From contig JAUCBJ010003746.1 in assembly GCA_032718475.1 (NCBI GenBank), forward strand, positions 1 through 59,130: a stretch of 59,130 bases of DNA, in the 5' to 3' direction. The notes below the pieces were generated by a model. It was given only the letters and a program-made list of their open reading frames with translations, had not been told where the DNA came from and made no database searches. This DNA comes from Nemertoderma westbladi (taxonomy: Eukaryota; Animalia; Xenacoelomorpha). Of this stretch, positions 10,101 to 23,787 are shown in pieces. Made by a program: the position numbers and the translations under genes. Numbering within the stretch: position 1 is the first letter of the stretch; every line of letters starts with the position of its first letter.

Positions 10101-13100
10101 CATCAGCAGTGGTGCGCACCACTGAACAGGCGTTTGAAGGGCTTGAGATGATCCCAAAAGCCTGGATGGTCATCCAATACTCCACCGGTTTCTGGTTGAG
10201 GTCTCCTTCCGGCCACCACAGAAATCGTAGGCTGTCTCGATCCCTATCCAGCGCCTTGACTTGTAAGAACATGCCTTCTATATCGGAGGCGAAAGCGATT
10301 GAATATTGTCTTAATCTTAAGAGTATTCCTAACAAGGATTGGAGTAAGTTGGGTCCTGGTAACAACTCGGAATTAAGGGATTGGCCCATGTAGAGGGCGG
10401 AGCCGTCAAATACTACCCGTACTTCATGGGGTTTACCGGGTTTGGGAACGTAATGATGTGTTAAATAGTACGTTCTCTCAGTTATGGGTGTTTCTTCCGG
10501 TACTCGCTCCGCATATCCCTTGTTAATAAATTTCTTCAACTGAGTCTGATACATTTCTTTAGCTGAAGCATTTGCCGTAAGGCGTCGATGTAGTTGAGCA
10601 ATACTTTTCTCCGCCAAGGGTCGGTTGTTTAGGAATTTTGGTTCTCGCTTTCGGAATGGTAGACCGATTTCATATCTACCTTGATCTTTAAGAAAACGTG
10701 TAGTTGTCTCCTGGATCTGCTTGGCTCTTTCTTCTTCTACCGATAGGGCCTTATCGTAGAAATTGGGCTCTACAGCCTCTTGAGTAAAGAATCGTATGGC
10801 GTGTTCATCCCGAGTCTTCGCGTTATAGCGCTCGATTACGTCATTCAGTTCGTCGTTATAGTCGACTTGTCCTGATGGACGAATGAGTTGACATAGGTTC
10901 ACTTGGTTTTGCCAAGTCTCGTTTTCCGTAAGGAGATCGATGGTATCGATACCTGGAGATCGATACCTGTTCTTTTGGTAACCTTTCCATGAGAGTTCTA
11001 CGGGAAGGGCCAGTAAAGTACCAACCCACTCTAGTTCTTCCCGCATAGGCTTGTAGTGGTTGCGGTTGAGCAGGCCGTTTCTCCAATGTCTCAAGCGCCT
11101 CATGCGCATTTTGGCCGATGAGTATTTGCACTCCAGGGTAATCTGTGTTGAATCTAGGTATATTAAGCTGCTGGGTGAAATCATCCTCATCCCAGTTATA
11201 CGGTTCTACTTGGCTGGTAGCGAAGTTCTTTATCGCCACCATTTTTACTGACCTTATGCTGTGTTCTCCTAGTTCATCCTGGGGAGTGGACAACGCACCT
11301 ACATAATAATCCGCTATTACTGTAGATTTCAAAACCTGCATAATTCCTGACATGTTTAACTTAGTTCGGAACTTGGGTTGTCCAGCAAAGATGTCTTCGG
11401 CTAGTTCTTTGTCGATGAATGTTCCTGTGCTACCGGAGTCAAGGAGGGCGTTCACTATATAACTCCTTTTAGGTCCGTGGACCCTCAACTGCACTACGGG
11501 AAATTCTCGGATTCCTACATTGGAAGTTGGTGCTTTCCAAGATGGTTGTCGGTCAGAAGTAGTTAGGGGGAGCTCGCTGTCGGTGTCCTTTTCATACGTA
11601 AGTGCTCGATACACTGCGGTATTTATCAGGTAACAGGATTCGTTTTCGTCGGAGAATTCATCCGTATAGAATCCTTCCATCTCAGAACTTTGGTCAGTGT
11701 CGTTCACATCACTGAATTGGACATGTAGTTCGGACTCACTTACCTGACTCGGGCTGTTTCGTTCGAATTCAGTGTGCAACAAGATATGATGTTTTGCGCC
11801 GCACTTTGCACACCTTGCGTCGGAGTAACAGGTTCGCCGTTGGTGTCCTTGTCTGAGGCAATTATATCACAACCGCTTATCCCACATGACTTCCCGTCTA
11901 TCCTTTAATGATTTCTTTAGAAATTCATCACACACATTCAAACGGTGGGGCCCGTCACACAGTGCACATTTCGGTTTGATGTTACTTACCTTATTATGAG
12001 TAACGTTGTGCACACTCATTCTTTCTTCGGGCTTTCTTACCTGAATTCTCTTAGGAGACGTAGGAGGAGTTTTTCTTACCTGTTCTCTCCTGTCATTGGT
12101 TCGAGACTTGAATTTACTTACGTCTTTAGGCGTTTTGTTGACATAATAAGATCTTTCAGTGTCTTTCCCGCTGTCTTCTTCTTGAGAAGCCTGGCTTTCG
12201 CCGTCGTCGGTATAACACACTGGTGTTACCTTTCTCCTAGAAATGGGTTTCTCACTTACCTTGTTTTCCGGTGTCTTCTCTCTGGACTGCTTTAGGAGCT
12301 GTAATTTCACTTCTCCATCTAAGAATGACATGAGATCAGCCATGGTAGGGTCTCGTCGTTGTTGTTCCATCATATATAACACTTTCTTATCCCAGCGTGT
12401 ACCTACTCCACCCTTAGGTAAAGTAGAGGCCATGGCTCCAATAACCATAGAACTCTGATATTCATGAGACTTACCTAGCCAATCTAATTGTCTACAGATC
12501 TCCTGAATCTCATCGGAAAACTCTATAATCCCGCTGCTAATGAACTTTCGGGGGGGCTACCAATTTGGCATACAAATACCTAGCTATGTTATTCCTATTA
12601 CCATACCTGATGTTTAGTGTATCCCAAACTTGTCTTAATCCATCTGGATGTCCAATAAACTTTAACGCCATTAACTTGGAGATCCTTCCAAGCACTCGAT
12701 GAGGAATCTAAGTTTCTCTCCGTTAGATAGCACAGAGTTCTGTATGTTATCTTTGTAATATTCATTAAAAGGTAACCATTTCATCTCATCTCCATTGAAC
12801 TTGACGATCTCTCCCACCTTTACCGCTTGACGGGCTTCGGTTCTAGCCATTTGACGCGTAAAACTTTCTTGGGCCATCGTGTTATTTAATATCGAGTTAT
12901 CGGTATATATATTTCTCGGATTATTATCAAGTCTATATGGAATATCATTGTCAACAGGTTTATAATTACCCTTAATAGGTTTACTATAGGAGTTTCCACA
13001 TCACTAGCAGTATAGATGCGTGTAGGCTCCACACCTTGCGCATGAAATACTTCAGACCTAACAGGTTGACACATTGTTACAGGGGGTGGTGGTATACCCT

Positions 13101-15161
13101 TTTGTGTATTTACTAATTTATCGCGTTCTAACGCGATACTCTGCTGCACTTCTTGCAACTCTAACCTACTTTCCCTTACTGTTCCTTTAAACTGCTGAAC
13201 AGTCTCCTGCATCTGCCCGAGCAGGAGATTCATCCCCCGCCGCCCCTCATCCACCCACTCGACCGCCGAAGCGGGAGCCGCCAACATAGTAGCGGGTAGA
13301 TGAGGGACAACGGGCGACAAATCATTGATATTTCGCTCGGAGTCCAGGACAGGAGCTGTCTCAGGGGCGGTTCTGCTGGGCACAGGTAGTTTAGTACTGT
13401 GCAAAGGGAATTTAAGGTAGGTTCTGGGAGTACAGGTGTCTCTATCACCGAAGGGGTGGCTTCGAGAACAGGCCTAATTATTTCAGGCTCATCTACTATA
13501 GTAGGGAGTCTTTCTATTTTAATTATTTGGTCTGTGGGTTCTGTACTACCTAAGTCTGTGTTAGTTAGTTGCTTTCTAACAGCTGGGGGCAAATCAGGCA
13601 ATTTCTGACGGTGGGACATTCTTCTACGTCTGCTTAGACGAGATCTATTTCCTCCGCCTTCAGGATCGGTGGTATCGCCTTCATCAGATGATGTATATCC
13701 CTGTCTTTTGGGAGTAGATCGACTCATCATCTGCATTTGACTAGCTGTTAACTGTTTATTTATGCAGTATTGATTCTCTTGGATATTTTCCAACTCTAGT
13801 TGGGTGGTCTCTTCAGACGCTCTTCGTTCTGCTTCTGCCACTGCTATTTTTCTTTCCACTTCTGCCGCTGCCTTTGCCGCTTTTCTTTCCGCTTCTACCA
13901 CTTTTTTTTCCGCTTCTACCGCCTTTCTTTCCGCTTCTACCGCCTTTCTTTCCGCTTCTGCCTCTGCTGCTGCCGCTGCTGCTATCTTTCTGTCTTCTAT
14001 ACGTTTTTTCTTTACTTGTTCTTCTTGGACTCTAGCGATGCGGAGGCGTTCATCAAATTTAGCTTGGTTCGCAGCTAACATTTCCACATCTATTGCGTCC
14101 AACACCAGCTTGGTTCCTTCACTATTAGGGCGAAGTCCAGACAACCGTCTCCTCAACTCTTCGTCACCTAGAAATCGTTGATAGTCTGACAGATAGATGT
14201 CAATAGCATCCCTCTAATGCGGTTTCTCAGCTGTCGCTTCACTTTCCACTTGGGAAAATGTAGCATCTGTTGATTCTCCATGGGTTGAGCGCTCAGCCAG
14301 CCGAGCTGTCCACTGGGCCGTTCCTTGAACCTGGAGACTCACCCGCTGAAACCAAGTCTTTACAGCAACTTGCAACGACGTGTCTTGTCTTCTTTTCGAA
14401 GCTTCCTCAAAGGCCGATAGGATTAGTGTGATTCTTAGAATTCTTTCTCGAACTTGATAAAGCAGCTCTCCCTGCTCTTGAGGTCCTTGGGGTTGTCGAA
14501 ACAGTTGTTCCTCTAATCTCTCCAAAGAGCTGAAGAATCCCTGTACGTATCCTGCTGCCGACCTCTTCCATACAGCTGGATCGCTGGTATCTTTTGTCAC
14601 TCCCATCCTGTGTATGTCTTCCCAGGCAGCTTCCGATAAGTCAAACGGGAGTCCGGGTCTGGGGAAGTTCCATTGCGACTCGACAATAGACTTCAGTTCC
14701 TCCCTTGTGTATCCCGCATAACTATCCTTAATCGATCGCTTACTTCTCGCCCAATCAATTTGGTGTTCCTCCACCGCAATCAATACTCTAGTGAGTACGG
14801 CTGCAGGAAGGATGAGAAGGGGATCCGAATAAACCGCATCTGCCATCTTTGCTCCGCGCTCGGGTGTCAGCTCTACAGTATCCGCACTACTGGAGCTGTC
14901 GGGCCGCTGGGAAATAAGTTCTCGGCTCGAGTGTTGCTGCTGTTCTGCTGCTTCTCGGTCCCGCTTGACCTGAGCTCGAGTGTCTATGATAGACCTACGG
15001 TGTTGGACTAGCCTAGGGTCTGATACTACTACTGGAGGGATGATCTTTCTTACAGTAGGAGGTGAGTTGAACTTCGGTCTCACACGTTCCACACTCCTGT
15101 CTGGGTCACAGATGGTTGTATCTAGGAGACTGTCTGACAGGTTTTGCTTTGTGTCAGACAT
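7177..15161 (-). pseudogene. BEL/Pao retrotransposon 2 gag-pol, disabled
   Basis: Gag core VKFNGDEMKWLPF; three knuckles (CALCDGPHRLNVC; L*YNCLRQGHQRRTC with TGA replacing Cys at 11867-11869; CAKCGAKHHILLH); protease ALLDSGSTGTFI; RT IYMDD; RNase H LHVFGDAS...YWTDA; integrase HTKLYHAG..CIPC, GVDLFGP, SDKGTNF, WGGSWERLIRSVK. In-frame TAG at 14214-14216 and frameshifts near ~13400, ~12900, ~12600 and ~11000. Confidence 0.95.
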
Positions 15162-15299
15162 GTTTGTTGGTACAGTTGAATGCCTACTGCTGTATTACAG
15201 TTAAAGCAAGTCTAGTAATTCAGTATCAACTGTTAGCCTAGTAATTAATGAATTACCGATACTGTTACTCAGTGTAACGTGATATATATATAATATATT

Positions 15300-15790
15300 A
15301 GAATACCGGTATACACTTATAGTATATATATAAGTATTTTTACAAACTAGGTTTATCACAGAATACCGGTATATAATTTCAGCGCAAATATATAAATATA
15401 TAATAAGCCTATCGTAAATACCGGTATACAGCTTACTCTTATAGTATATATAAGTATAATTACAGACTAGAATTAATTACAGAATACCGGTATATAATTT
15501 CAGCGCAAATATATAAATATATAATAAGCCTATCGTAAATACCGGTATACAGCTTACACTTATAGTATATATAAGTATAATTACAGACTAGAATTAATTA
15601 CAAAATACCGGTATATAATTTCAGCGCAAATATATAAATATATAATAAGCCTATCGTAAATACCGGTATACAGCTTACACTTATAGTATATATAAGTATA
15701 ATTACAGACTAGAATTAATTACAGAATACCGGTATATAATTTCTGCGCAAATATATAAATATATAATAAGCCTATCGTAAATACCGGTAT
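15300..15790. repeat. 121-bp tandem repeat, ~4 copies, in the element 2 leader
   Basis: aataccggtatataatttcagcgcaaat recurs at ~15362, 15483, 15604 and 15725. Confidence 0.92.
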
Positions 15791-18700
15791 GTCAATTATT
15801 TTAGAATAATTGAATTTCTGAATTTTAGGGGTCACTTGGTTACTTTACTTTACCTTATTACCGTTATTTAAGCAGTAGGTAATCCAACTGATATTAAGAC
15901 CTAATTGTTGTATGACAGGCCTACTATTTTATAAATCGGTTTGAGTTGATTTATAATATATTTATACCCGTTTAATGGGTTTTTGTCAATATTTGAAATA
16001 AATGTTATTATTTCTGGGAAGGAGTCACTACACAGAAGCTGTGCGCTCTCAGTGAAGTGCTACTTGTTAGACACTAAAACAAATAATTCTAATTTATCTA
16101 AGTTACTTAATACTACAAATTACGTACAATTCGGGGTGAGATTACAATCTCTAAATAAACACAAAAATTACACGTACGAATTTTTAGGGTAAATTTACAA
16201 GAATTCTACAAACCAGCCTAACAAAGGGTTAGAATATCTGGTTATTACAAACAGACAGGATTCTACGGTATTTGAAAATAACAAAGCAGTAGTAAATATA
16301 CTGCGTTGTCCAGATAGAAAAAATACCACCGTCTGACGACTTATAGCCGTATCGCTATAAGTACTACGTTATGTATCATAGAGTGTTCCTACCTAGAAGT
16401 TAATTACCGCAGCCTACCAGAGCCAACGTGCCTATTAACCACTTTACAACACAAATATACTGCCTACACACTAATTACCTTCGGAAAGCACTGTACACTA
16501 AACCCTAAATTAGGTACAAGTACTTATACAACAAATAATCAGCAGTTAGAAATACTTGTACAGCTAAAAGAACCATGGTATCTGCTGGAGTGACCGGGGC
16601 ACAAAATCACCAGTCTTTACCTACACCAAGCAGCCCTGATGTAGTACCGGGGTTAATTTAACTATAACGGTATGAATAACAAGCACAATTACTGTAGGAA
16701 TAAACTTGGGGTTGTGAATGTTGCGAATAATCGCATAAACTCTGAATAATAAATATTACGCTACGCGTACAGAATATACAAAACAAAATACAGACCAAAC
16801 GCTGGCAGACCACTATCAAGCCTAAATAAACCACAGTATATGCAGACTCCGAAATGGTTAGTTAGTATGCGTTCTAACCGAGTAGTACGACTTATTCTTT
16901 CAGGGGGATTTACCTTACAGCACTGGATGCCACCCACTTTCCTAACTAGTACTTTATCGGACATACACTCTACACACACTGTAATCTCCTCAGACTTAAC
17001 AACAGTCAGACAACAGTCCAGCCTACAAATTACCTGTACAATCTGAGCAGGCTTACACGTCTTCTGCTCAACATCAACTTACAGATAAATAAAACTGACA
17101 GAAATAAGTAAAATCTCAATAAAAAACCAGGGCGGCCGTCCCTGATTAAATATTAAGGCCTACCGGTATATAATTATCAAAATCGAATAATACTGCTGTA
17201 CCTGTACTGCTGTAAGTACCGGTCCGGGTGGTTAGGAAGTCAGGCCTACTAGTTACCGATCGACCGGTACTTTAGACTGTATTTATTGCCTACACTGCAA
17301 TCAAAACTTAATAACTGTTATTGTTCTTACCAGAACAATAGTAAACTGTATTTATTGCCTACACTGCAATAAGAAACAATAACTGTTATTGTTCGCGCTT
17401 TCAGACCTTTAGCAGTTTAACCTGCCAAATTTAGGTGTCTTCTAGGTTATAAATCGACTTTAGCCTATGACGAGTATTTGATACACTACAATAGCCGAAG
17501 CCAGTCTATGCGCAACCATTCACCCGCTGGATATACCCGGGAGACTGGATTCGGAAGCTCTGACCTTATTGCGGTGTAGGCCTACTGTATTATTCGACTG
17601 ATCGTTAATATATAATCTCTGACAAATATTATTCACTTTCGGGAAATATTAACAGTTCCTTTAGGACGTGGCGCTCTAAGTATGTAAACAGAGTTATATG
17701 ACTTACACTAAACACAACGGGATGGCCAATGATTCACGTATAAAGCGCATTCTTTAGGAGATGCTTTGTTATCTGTCACAATCATGCACACTACCGCATA
17801 ATGCTGCACACCGATCTGCCGACCTTCACTAATTTTAGACACATATAAAGAGAACAGCAACCGACACATGTAGTGCCTATGAAATAGCATTAGATTCACT
17901 CCAAAACCACTATAATGTAAGTCGCAATTGCTATATGTAACCTGTCTCTTACCTTCAGTATATCAAGAAGATTGGGGTTTTATAATTTTTTATCGATATT
18001 ATCCAAATATAATAATATTCCATCAACTGATATAATTAATAACCGACAGTAAATAGCAGTAAAAATGCGGTGTTTGTAGGTGACAATATGATTTGTAACA
18101 ATGTTTTGGTTTGAGATAACAGTTATACGTTTCTCTGACCAAAGCCTACTAATGTTTGGCTAAAGCCTGAAACACAGAAATTCCAAAGCCAGTGTTCTGG
18201 CATCAGGAAAAATACACACACTGACTGAATTGCGTGAGTTTCTGTATACAATGTCCAACACAGAGTGAAAATCGCTCGGATTGGTCGACCGAACAAAGAA
18301 CAAGGGAAAAGTTACACGTGTACATATCAGCTGATAGATGTCGTCATCGTAACTACACTGTATCAAGAGTATTTCGGCGTATTGCGACATAAAATCGCTA
18401 GTTATGTCCGCTAAAGTACACATACAGAAGAAATGGCTTTTTATGTCCACTAAAACACCTGTACAGTAAGGAAACGGTTTTTTATGTCCGCTAGAACACC
18501 TACAGAGTACTTTGCGGGGAAAATAACTAGCTAGATCCGCAAAAGCCTTTACACTACACATACATCACTATTCATGTAATGACATTAGATGTGCGTCCCA
18601 ATTAAAACGCTTATAACTCATGAAGAATATTAGATATAATGACGGTATGTAGCTCAAACGATTCGTATTGAATGCGCGAATCTAATAATACCAAATAGAA

Positions 18701-19724
18701 GTTGATATGACAAAATAGATTAATAAGATAAAAAAATGTAAATTAAAAATGTGGTTTTTAAAGTGGTCTAAAATTTGTTTCGTTGCGTGAAAATGGTTTC
18801 GAAATTTGGAATCAGTGCATGAATATTGACCAGAAAAAATGTTTTCGGGCAAAAATTTTTTTTCATGAAAATCGACAAATCGCGTAAGGGAGGTGCACCA
18901 TGATTTTTGGCCAAAAATAAAAAACGCTGAAATGTAGTGAAAAGTTGCGCTAGAACAAATGGTTTAATAAGTTATTGGACCATTTACGATAAAAACTAAT
19001 TTTGGCCAATTTATGGCTAATTTAGTAAAAAAAATTGGCCCTTTTTTAAAAAGGTTTGTCCCCCCCCCCCCCCCTATGGCCCCTGAAGATCAATTTTTTT
19101 ATTATTTTTTTTTGAAAAAAAAACTGAATTTTTGTAGAAGTTAGCTCCACCTTCCTTCTTTTGATTAAAAGTGGAACGGTATCGATCCCATATATAGTAA
19201 CAGAGCTAGAGCCGAAATTGTCTCAAATCGTCAGAAAATGGCCCCGCAATGTCTACGACTTGCCCATAGCCGTCCACTGAATGCCTTTTGGCTGAAATTT
19301 TCTGAGAACATGCCGACAATATAGGCGCTTTTGTGGTATAAGTTTCAAGCTCATAGGTCAAATGGTCTATGAGCTACATGCCGCGGAACATCGAAAAATA
19401 GCGAATTTTGACGATTTTTCTGGGGAAAATAAAATCAGGCCAAAATGGCCAATTTTGAAATCTGAAAATTTGCTTGAAAGTGCATCATTTATTTAGCTAG
19501 AAAAAATCCACACGACATTGCATGGTTTGTATTTAATTTTTTTGAGATAATTTTAGTGCGAATGAAAAAAACGTGATTTTTACAAAATTTCTGAACTTTG
19601 ACCCTTAAAGGTCGATTTTTTAAATTTCCCTTTTACGGGTGGCAGGACTGTCCGCACGCAAAATTTCAGCTCGTGAGGTTTATCCCTTATGGGTGCTATA
19701 GCGAACTCTGAGACGAATCCTATA

Positions 19725-20345
19725 TGGACGGTGTTATGCAAAAGGGTGTTATCCCACATTTTGTCGAAATTGAGTTTTTGGTATCATTCGATAGAGGAAA
19801 GTGTAATCTACCTAATTTATGAGATCCTATTGCCCAATAATACGGAGAAATGCCTTAAAAATACAAGAAAGTTGAGCCACAGTCCGGATTTGTGATTTAG
19901 TCAAAGAGTGTTAAACCACAAATAATATTGCAAAAAATATTTAATCCACATAATAATTGTGTGGCTTGACATCTTTGTGCAAGTAGGCCTGTCATACTGT
20001 AGGCCTACTTGCACAAAGATGTCAAGCCACACAATTATTATGTGGATTAAATATGACAATTTAACAATTTAGCTTCAATCAAGCTTTTGACAATTTAACG
20101 TTTTGCTAAATATGAAGTTTTCCAAAAGTTTTAAGCCACATTTTGATCAATATTTCGGAAAAAATGCTATATTCCAGCACACTAACTTGAAAAATACCTT
20201 AATTTCCATAAATGTTTTCTTATAAAAACACAACAGTATCTGGATAATAACGATCACACAGGATGTTAAAAACTTTGACATCGATTATCTCAAATTGAAC
20301 TTTTGTGACTTAAAAAAATAACACACTTTTGCATAACACCGTCCC
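19725..20345. mobile_element. Non-autonomous TIR element (MITE), TA-flanked, Tc1/mariner-like
   Basis: TIRs (t/g)ggacggtgttatgcaaaag at 19725 and cttttgcataacaccgtccc ending at 20345, both flanked by TA. Confidence 0.8.
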
Positions 20346-21106
20346 TATATAGGGATGTGTGCACGCACATGCTGGTCGGCCGACTGAGGCTCGGCCTCCA
20401 TGGTTATCTGTTTTTCTATTTTCCGAGGGGCGCGAATCCAACTAGAGCATTGTCAATATTAACAATTTCCCTCACTTCATCGCTACTGGTTTTCGGTGGG
20501 TCATCTGAAGGTGTAATTATTAGAACCTGTAGTAATGGTTGCGTTTGGCTTAAATATTGAATCTATTAGTGTCGTTTTCGTAATTACATATTTGATCTCA
20601 ACTTTCTTATCTTTATTTTCATGGATCCAGTTTGCAATTTATTCTTCGGTGGCATTATAATTAATTTAAAATGTAAAATATAGATCAAAGTCACAAGAAA
20701 AATAATAAATTTACAGAATAGGGACACTTTTGAGAAATTTTCACTGAAATACGATAATAAAAACTATTTACTATATGGAGATGTTTACATAAATAATGCA
20801 GTAATGGATAATATTATAAATAATTAAGTACAGTAATGGATAAATCGGTTTGGAGGTTTGTTATTCCACCTTGTTACTCCATTACTTGGAGGTGAATTGT
20901 TATATGATGTTCCAAATTTTGTTTCCAAATTCCAAATTGCTTTATACGACGAATAATTCCTAATATTTCCTAAATAACAACACTATATTTCAAGACATGG
21001 TGTATGTAGTATGGTGTGATGAGACTTAGTTAGTTTACATAATATTTCAATTTAATTAAATAAATACTATATACTAATACACTAAAAATATACTATTAAT
21101 TTGCAG

Positions 21107-21335
21107 AGATTACGAGTTCAACAAGGAGACATTGCTGCGTGAGTTGCACACTGTTGCAAGTAAGGACACGCTTCGCTTGCAATAGATCACCAGTGCAAAG
21201 TCGTCAAGCAAACTCTTGGCAGCGATGTTATAGGACAAAGAGGACAAACCTTGACTGTCGCGTGTCATCACAACCTCTTGCTAGGTGTGTACATTGTTCC
21301 AGCTGACACATCACTTCAGTGGGCGGTGGAAGCCA
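21107..21335 (+). pseudogene. Fragment of a DDE-transposase-like coding exon
   Basis: After an acceptor (ttgcag), and removing a 5-bp duplication (cgctt), it reads DYEFNKETLLRELHTVASKDTLAIDHQCKVVKQTLG...QTLTVACHHNLLLGVYIVPADTSL. This resembles the first catalytic-Asp strand of RNase H-fold transposases; the family is not assigned. Confidence 0.4.
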
Positions 21336-21636
21336 TGGAGCCCATTTTGGCACTTAGAAGGATAAATTGAAGAGTTATCAAAAAAGAAAGTCAGGCATCT
21401 GGCTGTTATCTTTGTTGACTTCTTCATTATTTCTTCATTATACATACAGTAGTAATAGTGATTTCAATAGGATTCCATAAATGGATTTTGAAATAACTTG
21501 AAAACTAAAAGCTATTAAAGAGCGGATTTCAGATTTGGAAACACCATTTAATGGTACATTATAATAGACCATAAAAAAATATTTTGACATATTTTCGACC
21601 AAAATGGTGTACCCCCCCCCCCCCCCCCCCCCTTAT

Positions 21637-23547
21637 TGGCCTACAACATTAGCCAGGAAAAGTACATACAGGATAAAATTGAAGCAATTACAACTGCTCA
21701 CATACAGCAGCAATCAAGACTTATCTGGCAAACTGTTGCCGATAGTCCTGAAGAACGTGTTGGGAAATGGAAAAATCACTTCAGCAACTTGCTTGGGCTG
21801 CCACCAAACATCGAGGTCAGCCCTACAAGGAAAATATGACAAGACACTACCTATAGAAACAGGGGATTTCTCACCTGCCGAACTCCAAAGAAGCATTAAA
21901 AGCATGTCCAATAATAAAGCGAGTGGATTAGATGAAATCCCAGCGGAAGTATGTAAAACCGGAGTGCTAAACAGACCATTATTGAATGTTTGCAACCGGA
22001 TGTTAAAAGGGGAAAAGCCGCCATTAATTTGGACTAAGGTCAACTAAAGCCTCTCCCCAAGAAAGGAGACCTCGGCTTACCAACAAACTATCGTGGGATC
22101 TGTCTGCTTGTGGTAGCTGCCAAAATATACAATAAAATGATTCTATATAGGATTAGGCCTCACATAGAGAAACTACTGCGTAAGAGCCAAAACGGATTTC
22201 AACCAAGTAGATCAACGCTCTGGGATTTGGTAACGGGGCGGGTCTGCGCGGTGTTGGGCTGGCAGACGAATTTTAACACTTTGTTGTTTCCCATTGTCAG
22301 TGCTGTTTTTGTATTGCTTTGTTCGTTAATTGTATTATGTCATGTATTTTATTATTATTTAAATGTGCATTAATTATTCTGTTCTGACATTATAGTTTGA
22401 ATTCTAGAGTTAATAAAAAAAAAGGAAATATAAAAAAAAAAAAAAAGTAGATCAACATAATAGCTCAGATACTTGCACTACGGAGACTGATTGTGAAGGA
22501 ATTAAGTCAAAGAATCTACCCGCAGTCATGACTTTTGTGGACTTCAAGAAGGCATTCGACTCCATCCATAGAGGTAAAAATGCTTGAAATCCTAAGAGCT
22601 TATGGAATACCAGAAGTAATTGTTGCAGGCATTGGATTGTTATATTGTGACACAGAAGCGCAGGTACTCTCACCAGATAGTGAAACTGAGTTTTTCTCAA
22701 TCCTGGCTGGCGTACTGCAAGGTGACACATTAGCACCACTATTGAAACTATTTGTAATTGTGATGGACTACGCTATGAGGACGGCCACAAAGGGTGAAAA
22801 TCTGGGATTCACACTTCAAGAACGCAGAAGTAGTAGATATCCGGCAACTACAGTCACAGACACCGACTTTGCGGATGACATCGCCCTGCTCTCTAATACG
22901 CTAGCAGATGCACAGCTTCTACTAAATAAAGTGGAGAGGGCTGCTAAGGAGGTTAGATTGCATATAAATGCTACCGAGACCGAATTCATGACCTTTAATG
23001 TTGATGGAAACTTGACAACCATTGATAATAATCAACTAAGGAAGGTCGATGACTTCCAATACCTTGGATCATGGATAGAGAGTAGCAAAAAGGACATAGA
23101 AGTTAGGAAAGCAAAGGCTTGGGTAGCTCTATCAAAAATGGATACCATCTGGAAATCAGATCTCTCCAGGCACCTGAAGACTTTAAGTTCTTACGAGCCA
23201 CAGTGGAAAGTGTATTTTTATACGGTGATGAGACCTGGCCACTGACTAAATCACTTGAACAACGAATTGATGGTTGCTACACAAGACTACTGAGGGCATC
23301 CCTAAATTATATTATTATTTTATATATACTAAACATCAGCTGGAGACAGCACATGACAAACGCCAAGCTTTATGGCACAATACCGCCTGTATCAACCACC
23401 CTCGGTGAACTCAGATTAAAATTCAGTGGGCACTGCTGGCGAAGTAAAGACGAGGTCATACCAGATCTACTTTTCTGACAACTAACTTATGGAAAGCGTA
23501 GTCGTGGACGACCGGCCATAACATATATAGATCAACTTGAAAGGGAT
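21637..23547 (+). mobile_element. RTE-like non-LTR retrotransposon (family A), RT region, frameshifted
   Basis: Motifs KASGLDEIPAE, PKKGDL..NYRGI, QNGF...RST, FVDFKKAFDSIHR, GVLQGDTLAP, DTDFADDIALL, FQYLGSWI, GKRSRGRP; several frameshifts. Confidence 0.92.
22217..22444 (+). mobile_element. 228-bp polyA-tailed retroposed insertion inside the LINE
   Basis: 12-bp TSD AAGTAGATCAAC at 22205-22216 and 22445-22456; AATAAA followed by an A tail. Confidence 0.9.
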
Positions 23548-23787
23548 ATTATTACACACACCCAAAAGTTATTGCAACTTTAGTGTCTCAAGGGCGTACA
23601 ACAATACGGAACTCAATATCCAATTTTGGTTTATGTAGTTAGGCGGCTCCCCTAGTTTCGTAACCATTGAGGGCCATTTCTCCATACCACCGAATTCAAT
23701 AACTGATAGTATGTGAGGGAATCACATACTATCACTTATGGAATTCGGTGTAACGAATAAATTGGCTGGATTATCTCTCGTAGGGAT

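Larger units (their letters stand above)
6697..17915 (-). mobile_element. BEL/Pao LTR retrotransposon 2 (~11 kb), 5' LTR not found
   Basis: Domain order Gag-PR-RT-RH-IN with BEL/Pao-type motifs. Long non-coding leader from 15162; the right boundary is approximate. Confidence 0.75.
18885..21634. mobile_element. Decayed DNA transposon with nested insertions (possibly Kolobok-like)
   Basis: Imperfect TIRs: taagggaggtgcaccatgatttttggccaaaaat (18885) vs reverse complement of attttcgaccaaaatggtgtaccc(C)n tta (21590-21634). Internal transposase-like remnant at 21107-21335. Confidence 0.4.

Noticed and set aside
16329-16370. CTGACGA followed by a hairpin, as a third hammerhead
   Set aside because: The stem is followed by TACT rather than GAAA, so the core is incomplete.
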